Below are positions 38,446 through 50,919 of a DNA stretch of 64,000 bases, piece by piece. The notes beneath the pieces are model-generated. The model was given only the letters and a program-made list of their open reading frames with translations. It searched no databases and was not told the DNA's origin. Source of the stretch: Vicugna vicugna (lineage: Eukaryota); the NCBI GenBank assembly GCA_013265495.1, contig MU061579.1, forward strand, positions 792,872 to 856,871, given 5' to 3'. The translations under genes were made by a program, and so were the position numbers. The first letter of the stretch is position 1. Each line of letters begins with the position of its first letter.

Positions 38446-40524
38446 TAGGATTTTTTTCTTTACTATAATAAGATATCTATTATATTTTTGCTTTGTCAAA
38501 CTTGGCTAACAAAAGCCAAAGAGTATTTTATTTATTTTTTACTACTCAGAACTACATAAAAATATATACACTTAAACTCTAAGAGATGGGGAGCTGGCTG
38601 ACAACTAGGGCCATTGTCTGTAGGAAAAATGTGTGAAGAAAATCAGCTTAAAAATAACTTTTATTTCTATAATGCTGAGTTACATAAAATTTTAGCTTGA
38701 CTAAAAATCTTGGCTCTTTCTTTTGACTGCAAAATCTCAATTCTTTCCCAAAGCAAGTACATCCTACAATAGAGTCAGTTAGTATTTGGTAATGAGGAAC
38801 TGCAGAAAAGATGTAGTTACAAAATAAATTTTTTTTCCTTTTCATTATCTGTGGAACTTCACTTATTTCACAGTTCAGTTCAAAATCCTATAGTTTAGAT
38901 TTCACATTCATGATCATCGATCTGTTTGCAGCCCGGGATGCCAGCATCCTCTTTAGAATCATTAATTTCAGAATATCAATATTCCAGAGGGAAGAAAAGC
39001 TTCCTATTTCTCTTTTATCTTTATGACCTAAGTTTTAATAGACTGGAATATAATAAGGAGAAATTGCAAGTAATTAAAAATATGGTAGTTTTAATTAAAT
39101 AAAGAACCTACCATAATCATTATGATGATATCGAATGTATATATAAGATATATGTATATTACTACACATAAAATATAAGAAGGGGTTCATTTTATTTGAA
39201 TTTAATACATCATGGTGTACTTTTCATATATTTATCTTGCTTTCTACTATAATTCTATCATTAAACATGAAATTTATTTACCATCAAGTGGTGCTAAACT
39301 CATAAATATAATCTAGGTAAATTCCCCCAAATTTTATTCTTTTATATTTTAATCAGTAGTTAGCATCTTTCTTACTATATACCACCAGTATCTACTACAA
39401 TTGTTTGTCATCCCAGTTACTAGAATATTCTCTTTCTACAAGACTATTGACATATTCTAAATGATTAGGCTAAAATGGGAAAAAATGTATGAAAACTATA
39501 ATTTTCTAGTAAAATGAACGATTTATGTCACTTGGGCATAGCATCATTTACAAGTTAGCACCTACATGTTAGTTCTTAAAAATATGTTTGGTGAACATAA
39601 TATTCAATTTAATAAAGAAATGGTATGGCAATGAAAGTCATGAGATGAAATAATAGAAACACTTTGGAATATGTTTCTTCTTTCTCCCTGTCTTTCTGAA
39701 ATAAAGCCCATCAAGAAATTTTGCATATATATTGAAACTTGATTGTGTGTGAGACCCTGTACTACATAAAGTACATACTTCCTGTCACAGTCCAATGACA
39801 AAAAGCTTGTCTTGATGGTCTAAATGACACAATATGTGCCCCTCAAAGAGTGACATATACTTTAGCTATGTCTTTTACATATGTAATAAATGTGATTTGC
39901 CCAATCGATAATGTGAAAAGAGAGATTTTTTTTTTAATGTTTGGACATTTCAAATCAGTCATTTTTCCAATCTTTCTTCACCAAGGTGAGTGAGAATTCC
40001 ATTGTCAATATATTCTTTTTTTAACCATCATTTTTTAAAATCATTTCCTATCTTCTCTTTCATCTTAATATCAAAATAATAACAGTTTAGTAAAGTGTAT
40101 GTCACTGCTCCTACCTTCCTGCACCTGCTCCCTTGGAAACTTCAAGTCCTCTTTATCTAGGAAAGGATTTCAATAACAAAGGCTTATTAACTCTTAAAAA
40201 GATCAACTATAAAAATGTAACATGAGATTGTCCCATTCTTCGTCTGAAATCTTTTCAAATCTTCCTGTCACAATTAAGGTAAACTTCAGTCTCTTAGCTG
40301 ACCTAGCCCCTTCCTCCCTCTTCCACTTCATCTGAGATCACTCTTCCCTGCCCACCTGGCTACAGCAGAACTGTCCTTTTTATTCTTGGAAGAAGCTAAG
40401 TGTGTGCTTTTACAACACCAAACTGGACTATTCTTCTCACTTATATTCATCTAACGATGTAGGACATTTTCTTGATGTCACACAGATCGTCCTTTATCAG
40501 ATGATGCACCCGTCCACCAGCCAC

Positions 40525-40899
40525 TGTGGAGTCTAGCAGTCAATTATCCTGGAATTTATCCTGGAAAATTATGCTCAGCATGTATGTCATCTTACCCAGC
40601 TATGACCACGAGGTAAGTTACCCCTTGCAGGAGGGACAGCCTGAAGCCAATGACCGCTTGGTGTGGGAGTAGGAAGTCCAGCTTCCTTGACTCAAGAGAT
40701 TAACAACCCTGAGGTGCAATTCATGCTCCAGAGCTTCCCGTGGCTCAGACCGAGAACACGCATTTTACGTAGCTTCTTACCGCGACCAGTTCTGATTTCC
40801 TCCCTCCCTTTTACGTTTTGCCTAAAGCACATCTTTGAAAAAAACTTTTGCATGAGAATCCTCATCTGAGGCACTGCTTGGAGAATAAAACCTAAGACA
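40525..40899 (+). mobile_element. ERVL LTR16-type 5' LTR
   Basis: TG...CA termini. gggacagcctgaagccaatgac...tgaggtgcaattcatgctccagagcttccc...gcatgagaatcctcatctgagg...cctaagaca. Confidence 0.75.
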
Positions 40900-41299
40900 G
40901 TTGATACCAGATACACAGTCCAAGAAAGTGGACTTTAAGAATAAATTTCTAGATTTTGCACAGTTTGTTTCCTGAATGACAGTGCCTGCCCTGTTGCCCT
41001 TGGTGTGCTCCAGCAGCATGACTGCTGAAACATTCCCTTCTTGTAAACTAGGTCAATGTGAAAATAGAAAAGATGCTCTGCCTTGTGCAACGTCTCTGAT
41101 ATTTGAGAAATCTGAGGGGAATAATACCCACAAGGCTTGTGGAATTGGGTGGATACTACTAAGGCCATGGATTTGTATCTGTTATTTGTACATTTTTAAC
41201 AAAAAATATAAGAGTCAAAGGGCCCCTTTGAAAGTATTCAAAGATGTCTTAATTTCCTTTAGCTGGAGGGAATCGGTTGCAGCCACTCCACAGAAATAG

Positions 41300-41655
41300 A
41301 ATGTACCTCTACCTAAAATGTGGTTTGCTTGTTGAGGTCAATGATGTGATACACACGCTGAGAGAGTATGAAAGATGTGCTAATCGTATAATCTGGCTTT
41401 CTGGAGAGAGCAGGACAGCTTTCCAGGAAGTGTAAGGCATCTTGAGAGAACAGGGAAAGGATACTGGATTGGGAGTTTTCTGGTAGTGAGGTGTTGGGGT
41501 AAGTCATTTGGTTTGAATCACATTAGTACCAAGGGAGGGAGCACACAGGCTTTCTTGTCAGATTTCTCTGATATAGGGCAGAAAAGGAAAGATGGAGAGG
41601 TTAGGTTGAAAAGATGTCAGAAGTCAAACTTGAAATAATTGATTCAGACTAGTAC
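41300..41655 (-). mobile_element. Nested ERVL-class LTR (LTR50/MER74-like)
   Basis: Reverse complement gtttgacttctgacatcttttc...ctgacaagaaagcctgtgtgctccctccc matches a recalled ERVL LTR consensus. Confidence 0.5.
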
Positions 41656-42449
41656 AGAAGACAAAGGTGAAAATTTGCTCCTTACCGTAAGATCATGAGA
41701 CATTCAGAAAAGGTTGCATTTCTTAGACTAGGCAACACTTTCCTGCCAAAGTCAGGGTCCTGATAAGAAGTGGAATGAGTTTGGGATGGAGATGTCTGTG
41801 CAGATGCATCTGAGAAACTTAAAAATTAGAGCTCTCTCAGAACCTTCTGGATTTACAGAAAGTGACTCCCTCTGCTTTGCTGGAAGATCAAACCTCCATC
41901 ACTCCTAGGACTGAAAGGACTCTTCAAATAAGATGGATGCTTTGCAATGCTTGTCATTCTAAAGATCTCTCACTGTTTCATGGCATAAAACCAATAACTA
42001 AGATCAAATTTCAGCATTGTCTGGGGAAATGCCAGATCTGATAAGGGAAGAGAGAAATTTTACACTAGAGAAGCTATAGGACATAGCTAACATATACTAG
42101 AAGGATATGGCTGAGGAGGGCTGAAAGATAATCCTTAGGGTGCTGAACCAAAGGTGGGGGGAATGCAAAGCTAAATAAAGGAGATTTTGTTGGTATAGAT
42201 ATGCTGCCTCACACCTGAGGATGTAACGTCTTGGCAAGGGTCCCTGAAGCTTGTTTTCACATGCTGATGAGATGACTGTTGGAAGTTTGGAAAAAGTAAT
42301 GGTTCACATTAAATGCAGTATAGTTGCCAGATCTGTCACGGCAGGCTTTGGAGAATAAAAAATAAATTAGAAAATTGGCAATTACTAAATTAAGCTACTG
42401 TATAGTTCTGGAAAATTGAATGGCTGACTGTATTTTTTTGAAGGGGGTA

Positions 42450-42672
42450 GACAAAAGTTTTTCAGCCTCCACCCTTTTGACATTTTGAGATTGATCATTT
42501 TTCATTGTGGAGGTAGGGAACTAACTTATGGATTGCAGAATATTTAGCAGCATTCCCAGTCATTATACACTAGATGTTAATAGCACCTCCTCAATTGTGA
42601 CAACTGAAAGTGTATGCAGACTTTATTCCTTAGGGTGGGGGGAAAGTATTGCTATTGGTTGGAAATCAGTGG
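42450..42672 (+). mobile_element. MER20 (hAT-Charlie) nested in the ERVL internal region
   Basis: gacattttgag...gattgcagaatatttagcagcattccc...cactagatgttaatagcacc...gtgacaactgaaagtgt...ggttggaaatcagtgg. Confidence 0.8.
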
Positions 42673-43500
42673 TCTAGAAGGACTCTATTTACCAAATTAG
42701 CAAAGATGTTTGTGGGAAATGATCCAGCATTGCTGGGGAGTTCAATAATGGCTCCCCAAGGTAGGATGAGGCTGACAGTAGGAGATAATGTTATAAAACT
42801 GGGCTTCCTAATGGCTTTTGAAATAATATCTCAGAATAGCAGAAGGCAAATGACAGAAACAAGACAGACATAAAACCATAATGGGCATAAAGGTTGTTAA
42901 CAGAGCATGGGAACTCAAGGGAAAAGATCAATGGGCAGCAAAAAATATCTGTTTCTTAACATCCGTCACAGGTATTTTTCAAGGTTGAATGAGCAAGAGG
43001 GTGAAGTCAATTCTCAGTGGACTCTCATGGCCCCTGCTCTAGTTTTTGTAGCTTATCCATTTCTCAGCCCAAGAAATAATGGTTTAAAAGAGAGGCAAGA
43101 CCCTATGAAGTGAGACTCTGTAACATTATAGCAAATGTCTACAGTGATCATTCTACCCCACTTCTTTTTCTAACGCATCTGACAATTGATAGAGTAATTA
43201 TACACTGAGGTAAAGGACTTCAATGGCTAATTGGAAAAATTTGCTATTGATACAGATATTAGATACCTAAGTTGCCATTACAGTTGCCATGGTAGAGCAC
43301 AGGCACATACAATCCAGTCATAAAAGGACTTCAGGTCCAGGTTTGACTCACAGAAGATCCATTAGGTCCCCAAACCCTCATGATGATCACTTTTCTAATT
43401 TACAAATATATAATCAGAAAGGACATCTGCAGTAGTCTGCAGACATCACAATTAATTTCTGTGGAGTAAGAAGAATAGTAGGAAAGGCCAGATGCCAGCC

Positions 43501-43858
43501 CATCAACATTATGCACCCAATCCAGGAGTGCCTAAATATATAAAACAAATATTAACAGACATAAAGGGAGAAATTGACAATAATACAATAATAGTGGGGG
43601 ACTTTAACACTCCACTTACATCAAATGGACAGATCAGACAGAAAATGAGTAAGAAAACAGTAGTCATAAATGACATTAACCAGTTGGACTTAATAGATGT
43701 CTAAAGGTCATTTCATCCCCAAACAGCAGAATATACGTTCTTTTCAAGTGCACATGGCATATTCTCCAGGGTAGATCACATGCTTGGCCACAAAACAGTC
43801 TGAACAAGTTTAAAAGGGTAGAAATTATATCAAGCATTTTTTCTAACACAATACTATG
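43501..43858 (+). mobile_element. LINE-1 ORF2 endonuclease-domain fragment (disrupted)
   Basis: Translates YAPNPGVPKYIKQILTDIKGEIDNNTIIVGDFNTPLTS (APE endonuclease GDFN motif), then the FFSSAHG.FSRVDHMLGHK region in a shifted frame. Confidence 0.92.
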
Positions 43859-44069
43859 TTTATAAGTTGTTCTGTTCATAATACTTGGCTCAACTGGTTT
43901 TTAGGAGTTAAGGTGGTGAATTAAATAGTTATATCATGGGGACCACAATCTGCATTTTAAAAGTTTCCATAGGTGTCATTATTTTCCCTTGGGCTGTATT
44001 TTGTTCATTATTTATTGTATTTTATGAAAGGGATCCATTTAAGAGGCTTCCATTTGGCCCTGTATTCAA

Positions 44070-45664
44070 ACCCTCTCTCTCTCTTCTCCTGAAAACTATC
44101 TAATGAGAATGTTGATATGCTTGATATTATTCCAAAGATCACTTAAACTGTTCTCTTTTTTAATTTTTTGGTTTTTGCTGTACTTATTGGAGGATTTCCA
44201 TTATTCTATCTTCCAGATCACTTATGCATTTGTCTGTATCACCCAGTCTGCTGTTCATTCCTCCTAGTATGTTTTCATTTTATTTGCTATATTCTTCACT
44301 TTTTTCTGGTTCTTTTTAGTATTTTCTAGTTCTGTATTAAAATTCTCACTGTGTTCTTCAACACTTTTTTAATTCAGTTAGTATTTTAATTACTAGTGCT
44401 TTGAATTCCTTATCTAGTAAAGTATTTATTCTGTTTCATTAGTTGTTTTTTTTTTTTCAGGGTTTTTCTCTTGCTTTGTCAATTGAAACAAATTCCTCTG
44501 TCTTCTCATTTTGCTCATCTTTCTCTTCTCTGTGAAATTATGTGAAACGTTCATCTATGGCAGCCTTGAAGGAGTGTCCCTATGTGGGAGCATCCCTGTA
44601 CAGTCTGTGTGTGTCCAGTGGCTTTGGTGGGGGGCTGGGTTTGATGCGAACATAAGTCAAGTTTTTCCTCAGGGTGTTTTGGCAGATATCACCTTGGCAG
44701 GAAGGGAGGATGGAGATGGAAGTGCTAGAGTCAGATCCAGTTGTGAGGCGGGGCTTCCTCTCTGCTCAGAGGCTCTCACTACCCTGTTGGGGGTGGGATC
44801 AGGTCCCGAGTTGCTGGAGCAGAAGCCCTGAGTTCCCTTTATGTGTGTGCTCTTTCCCCTCCCAGCACTGGCCCTCAGCCCCAGGGGAGAGCGGTGCTGG
44901 CGCAAGTGAGGCTAGTTTAGGTGTTCAGCGAGAGTCAGGGCACAGGCTGTGGTGGTCCGGCGGTTGTCAGAGATCGGATCTGCCTCTGATGTACACTTGC
45001 AGAATTGACGGTAATGGCTGCCCCCTTCCTGCTTAGACACAGCTTAGGGTTTGAGCCTTCGTAGCGTCTTATGGCTGAGCTTTTCCCTTGGTCGTGGCTG
45101 CCCATGCTCCAGTGTGGAGCTGTAAGAGGAGGCCAAGGGTGCTGGAGTGCTCACTAGGTTCAGCTGGAGGTGTGCACCAGGGAGGTCATGAGAAAGCAGT
45201 CAGCCAGCTGCATGGTTTCAGCCCCTCCTTTCCTCCCTGTTTTGGGAGCAAACAAGCGTTCGCTTATACCTCAGGAGCAGAGTCCAATCTTCCTACAGCC
45301 TTTATGTTGGTCCCATGAGCTCTCCAACCAGACAAGGAGGCTTGTCTTTCTTTGGTTGAATCCCAGGGCTGGGGTGTCCAATATGTGACTTGAACCACTC
45401 ACTCCCCAGGGGCAGTCTCTGTGCTTATAACCTGCCTTTTCTTCTGAGTTTCCTCCCAGGAACACAGGTCCTGATTGCTTCTCTTCCCTTCCTACCTGAT
45501 TTGGTTTGTATCTTCCTTACAGCCTTGGTTGTACAGGAGTCATTCTGCTAGTCTTCAGTTAGTTTTCAGTGAGGATTGTTCCACACGTAGGTGTATTTTT
45601 GATGTGTTCTTGGTAGGGAGGTGAGTTCCAAGTTCCTCCTACTCTGCCATTTTGATTTGAGTCC
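44070..45664 (-). mobile_element. LINE-1 5'UTR and ORF1 N-terminal part (L1M2/L1MA-age)
   Basis: Antisense ORF1 coiled-coil region followed by a GC-rich 5'UTR. The minus strand starts ...caaaatggcagagtaggagg (decayed YY1 site at the L1 5' end). Confidence 0.8.
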
Positions 45665-45788
45665 AAAAAGAGAATTTGGGAGTACTTCCAAATATAATGG
45701 TCTACAGTAATAATACTGTTATAAGATGTAGTATTTTTTTCTAGAAACCTACAACATTTTAAACCTGTAGTTGTTTATAAAAATCACA

Positions 45789-45977
45789 AACTCCTAATTT
45801 ATCCCTTCCCCTCTTTCCCCTTTGGTAATCATAAGTCTGTTATAATGCTAAAAGAATATGAAAAAGAATATATATATATATATACACACACATATATATA
45901 TATATATCTGAATTACTAGGCTGTACACCAGAAAATAACACAATATTGTAAATCAACTATACTTCCATTAAAAAAAA
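45789..45977 (+). mobile_element. Miniature twin-primed L1 3'UTR insertion
   Basis: 45789-45840 is antisense 3'UTR and 45841-45977 is sense 3'UTR plus A tail. TSD AAAAATCACA at 45779-45788 and 45973-45982. Confidence 0.85.
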
Positions 45978-46984
45978 TCACAGTGGAACTGGAAGTACGT
46001 AAAATAAAAAGAAGGAAAAAACAATCAGGTCTGCATATAAAAATCTTCATCTGGATACCTTAGTAAAACATCACTCCCAACCACTTGCCTAGCTTAGCTG
46101 CTTTTTCTGATGCGTTTGTTTACACTTGTTAGAGAACAACCACCACCTACGGAGCTAAATTCAGCCCTTAGATACAGGCTGGCAGCTCCCCTTGGCTGTC
46201 ATGTACTTGCAAGAGCAGAATTTGGCCTGCAGTGATTCAAGTGGATGAGGGGCAGATAAACAACCTTCAAAGAGCTAAAGTGGCCATGAAGCTGAGGCTC
46301 AAAAGAGGAAATGGTGAAGGGGATTAGGCGGAATGAAAAAGGGATTTTGTACAGTAGCATTGTGGGATCTCTTACTTACACTTTTTGAGCAGTAAGAACA
46401 TCGCAACCCCCTGGAGTTCTTAAAGAGCATCCTTAACTATGAAGTCTGATATCTCAGTCATTCCTTGGGCAAAGTAGCATTGCCTTAAAAGTTGTCAGTC
46501 AATAGAAGATATGCTTTAAGGACTGTCAATGACTGACATTGCAATTTTTTTCCCCACTAGAAAAGAAAAATACCACCTTTGTCCTCCGTTTTTACTAAAA
46601 TCTCATCTAATGTACAGTGCCATAAGAAAGGAAAGAGAGAGATAAGGAGCCTGTTGATGGCACAGTTCTCTGCTTGTCTTTCATACGTAGTTAGGAATGG
46701 GGCTTAAACGTGTTCCTACCCATCAAACATCTTCCAGAGAAAACAGCTCTTATGGAAACCCACACGGAGAAATATAATTCTGCTTTAGAAGCACCCTTTA
46801 GAAAAGTGATTCTTTTGAATTTGGAGTGCCATTTTTTAAAGCAGAATAACTTTTTTATTCTGTTTGAGTTTAAAAAAAAAAAAACAATTCCAAAAGGCAC
46901 TTTATGGGATTTTTTCCCAAGTTTTTTGCTTTCTTATGTAATATAGTTGGAAATATATTTTGTAACTTTTAGTTTAAAAGTGTT

Positions 46985-47175
46985 TTTGAAGCATATCACC
47001 CCTTATTAACCAAACAATTCTGTAACTATATATTACTATAATGGCTTGCACATGAAGAAACTAAAGCTTTGAGAGGTTAAGTAACTTTTCAAAGTTCCAT
47101 TGCTACCAAAATCAAAGCTCAGATTTAAATCTAGTTCTCTAAAGTCAAATTCTATGTGATTTCCACTGTCATGCC
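46985..47175 (-). mobile_element. MIR
   Basis: catgaagaaactaaagctttgagaggttaagtaactt. Confidence 0.7.
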
Positions 47176-47604
47176 CTGTTATATGGAAATAGAGTTTTAA
47201 AATACCAAGTAATTTTGCTATTATGAAAAGAGATAATCATATTCTTCAAGAAAAATCAAAATAATTAACTTATTTGCAAGATTTTTGAAATCACAGCCAA
47301 GGTCTTCTCCATAAAATGAGAAGTTACTTATCACTTTGAACCCCAGCTGCGTCATACAGCAATATAACACACAGCACATATCAGACATTTTTCCATAAAG
47401 CCCAATAATGTTGTATTTTTAGTAGTTTCCAAGAACTCTGAATAATATTAGCCTTGGATGTTTCCCATCTCCCAGACTCCCTCAACATGAGTTTATTTTT
47501 CTTTTTTATGTCACAGTAGCCATCTATTCACTGAGAGTCAGAACTGTTATATTATTCTTGTGTGATATAGATAGTGGGTGTCTGTGTGTGTGTGTAGAAG
47601 ATTT

Positions 47605-47860
47605 AGTATAAGCCAGACACAGAAATACAAATACTGCATAATCTCACTTTTATGGGGAACGTGAAATAGTCAGATTCATAGAAGTAGAGTAGAATAGTGG
47701 TTGCCAGGCTTGGAGGTGAGGAGGAGGAGATGGTCACCAAAGGGTACAAAGCGTCAGTTATGCAAGATGCATGAGTTCTGGACACCTAATACACAGCAAT
47801 GGTGAGGATGGCTAACAATACTGCATTGCATACTTCACATTTGCTGAGAGGATAGATCTC
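47605..47860 (+). mobile_element. L1MA8/9-like 3'UTR fragment
   Basis: aagccagacacagaaatacaaatactgcataatctcact...catagaagtagagtagaatagtggttgccagg...tttgctgagaggatagatc. Confidence 0.8.
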
Positions 47861-48825
47861 CAGCTGGTCACTTTTTCGTATATTTAAGTCCTACCAAGAC
47901 ATAATTGAGCTCTCTCACTTTCTTTTCACTTTATTGTGTTGTCTACCATATAGATCCACACTTCTTCATCATAATTCTGCCAAAAATCACTGATCCTTTG
48001 AGTGATTTTTTCCCATGTATGATTTTCATTTCAATTACTGTCAGAGAAGTACCTGACATTCAGGCAATTCTATTAAGAAAACATGCAGAGTATTATCCTT
48101 TGAATGTTTCTTCACTTTTTCTTTTCAGTTTATGTTGACTATCTTCTCCATCTTAACTCCAGTTAAGTACATCCACCTTCAGTATCTAGATATTTCATTT
48201 CTTACTGAATTTTCTTCAATGAATCAGTGATTCAATTACGAATAGCTCCAGATGAAGCCATCGTCCATTTAGAGAGCTTAGGCTCTTCCCTATGTTCCAT
48301 TATAAATGGATGTTAAATGGTATATGGATTAAAAAATAAATTTCCTTTTCTAACTCTGTAACAGTGTTTGAGACTGCAAGTATCTCATTTGAGATTATAA
48401 GAAATTTGTCAGTGTTTTCTTGCAAGGATATTTGCAGTTATGGACAATTAATGCTTATTAACGAGTCAATAAAAAAAGACCCCAAAGGGAGGAATGGTAC
48501 ACGGATACTTTTTGATTGCTATTCCTGGGGAATTTTTTTTTTTTTCATCTGAAACATGAATTCCTTGGAAAGGAAGGAAGGTAAAGCTTCTACTAAGGAG
48601 TCTGGGCAAAGAAGCAGCAGTAGAATTAGTCGACTTATTCAAAGAATATGTATTGAGTGCCTAATGTGTTAAAGGCAGTTCTGATGAGCACAAAGATGAC
48701 AGAATAAACTGTTTCATTAACCTCAATTAGCTCACAATAGCGAGTGTGATAAATAAGTAATCAATTAATTTTAAAAAAGTAATTACGGGAAATGGCTTGA
48801 TAAAAGTGGAAAAGAATTGACTATA

Positions 48826-49039
48826 CAGTGGACTCTTGAGCACCACAGGTTTGAACTGCAGGACCACTTACACACAGGTTTTTTCACTGTATACATATGC
48901 AGTACTACACGATCAGCTGTTGGTTGAATCTGTGGATGCAGAACTGCGAATATGATGGCCAGCTATAAAGTTATATGTGGATTTTCGACGCTGTGGAGGG
49001 TCGACATCCCTAACCCCTATGTTGTTCAAGGGTCAACTG
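48826..49039 (+). mobile_element. Tigger2-family MITE (TcMar), complete
   Basis: TIRs cagtggactcttgagcacc / gttgttcaagggtcaactg, with TA target duplication at 48824-48825 and 49040-49041. Confidence 0.88.
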
Positions 49040-49795
49040 TATCTATATCTATAGCATTCGATATCTAAGGAATTCCAAATGCATGTCATTCAGTATAAAG
49101 TCATCACTCTGGCTGCTGTTAAATTAAAAGTCTGAAGATTGTAGGAGAATATGACTGTAACCTAGGCATGATGATGACTGTGGAGCAAAGGGGTAGCAAA
49201 TGTGATGAGTTTGGGTATATTTGGAAGCTGGAGGCAACTGGATTGGTGGATTAAAGGAATTTGTAAGAGAACGTGAGGAGTCAAGGAAATCTCTAAGAAT
49301 TTTGGACTTGACAAGTGGAAAGGAGAAGTTGCTGTCAATTGGGATGGGGAAGGTTTTGGATACACCAATTTTCAGGGAGATTTTCAAAGTTCCACTTTTA
49401 GGCTTTTAAATGTTTTTGGTATATATTAAAATATTTTTTCTTCTTTAAGCTTTTTGTTCTAAATTCTATTTATGTTTGTTTTTGATATATAGGAATTGTA
49501 TAATCATCCTAACTTATTTATTTATTAAAATATGTTAATTATGCATCTCTTAAATGTCAGATACCTTAGTCAATAGAAATATTATCTTTGCTCCCATGGT
49601 ACTTATAGTCTGTTTATTGGGGAAAATATTAAAGAATTAATAAATCACTATCTGATATTAATATACATACACATATTTTATTTATAATGCTGTCACATGC
49701 TGATAAGTGTAAGATGAATTATTTTAAAATAAGAAGAAGTTTTTCATGTATAGCAGACTTCTATTTAATCTAGGCTCTCAGAAAAATGCCTTTTT

Positions 49796-50303
49796 CTTTG
49801 GACAAGAAATTTGGGTTGGCATCTATATGAAAGAAGAATCAGTCATGGAGCTATCTAGAAGAATATGAGAATAAATAAGCCAATGAGTCGAAAGCAGGAG
49901 AGCTTTTGAAATGTTAGAAGCATGGCAGAAACTCAATGAGGAAAGAAGAGGCAATAAAAGATGAGTAAGGGAGCAGTCATGGACCGGCTCATGTCAGAAC
50001 CTAGGAGAAAATGTGAATATTTTTCTGAGTGTGATGGGAAACCACTGGAGAACTTTGATTAGAGGAATGTGAGGGACATATTCAAAACTAAAAGAATCAT
50101 TTGAAAAAGATAGACTTATAGATATATATACTTTGGACAAGAAATTTGGGCTGGCATCTGTATGAAAGAAGAATCGGTCATGGAGCTATCTAGAAGAATA
50201 TGAGAATAAATAAGCCAGTGAGTCCAAAGCAGGAGAGCTTTTGAAATGTTAGAAGCATGAAACTCAATGAGGAAAGAAGAGGCAATAAAAGATGAGTAAG
50301 GGA
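49796..50303 (+). repeat. Spaced direct duplication A/A' (49796-49972 and 50131-50303)
   Basis: Copies differ by 5 substitutions and one 4-bp indel by manual comparison. Confidence 0.95.
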
Positions 50304-50312
50304 ATTGGGGGG

Positions 50313-50575
50313 AAAAGACCATTTGAGAGGAGATTTCAATGTCCAGTTAAGATATGTTATAAACTTGGACTTAGGTGGTATTTGTGGAAAGAATTTCAGA
50401 AACATTTTGAAGATTGAACTACAGAATTTGTTGATGGATTGAAAAAAGACCATTTGAGAGGAGATTTCAATGTTACAGTTCAGATATGTTATAAACTTGG
50501 ACTTAGGTGGTATTTGTGGAAAGAATTTCAGAAGCATTTTGAAGATTGAACTACAGAATTTGTTGATGGATTGAA
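50313..50575 (+). repeat. Tandem duplication D/D' (50313-50443 and 50444-50575)
   Basis: aaaagaccatttgagagg...gatggattgaa occurs twice with about 4 differences. Confidence 0.95.
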
Positions 50576-50919
50576 TAAAGGATGGAGAGAAAGAGAGTTT
50601 CCAGGACAGCGCCAAGATTTTTGATCTGAGTCACTGGAAGAAAAGAGATGCCATTATTAAGATGAGGAATATTTGGGGACACTGGGTTTAAATGGAGCTT
50701 AAAAGTGAGTTTTATAGTATTACAAGTTATATATACCAAAGGAAATATTGAATAAAAAGCTGAATAAACATGTCTCTTGCTCAGCAAAGACCTAGTGGCT
50801 GGACTTGAACCTATGAACTTGGGTTGTCTGGAAGAAGAAAACTAGGAAATCAGTATATAAACAGAAGAAAATTAGTCTGAGAAGTAGCCAATGGGGTTAA
50901 ATTGATTATCTTTTAAAAC

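Larger units (their letters stand above)
40900..43500 (+). mobile_element. ERV3-16A3-like ERVL internal region (decayed PBS, gag, pro), truncated
   Basis: gttgataccag PBS-like sequence directly after the LTR. ERVL gag-like segments at 42100-42400 and 42675-42870. Protease-like region ends gtaggaaaggccagatgccagccc. Confidence 0.65.
48630..50830 (-). mobile_element. Fragmented L2 (antisense), host of the Tigger MITE and local duplications
   Basis: ttattcaaagaatatgtattgagtgcctaatgtg; atcactctggctgctg; gaggagtcaaggaa...; caagatttttgatctgagtcactggaag. Confidence 0.65.

Noticed and set aside
44511..45465. Cluster of overlapping ORFs in GC-rich sequence
   Set aside because: They lie in an L1 5'UTR, where high GC reduces stop codon frequency.
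50116..50615. ORFs with internal repeated peptide (FFPQIPPKSKFITYLN twice)
   Set aside because: These are translations of the DNA tandem duplication in L2, not a repeat protein or CRISPR-like array.
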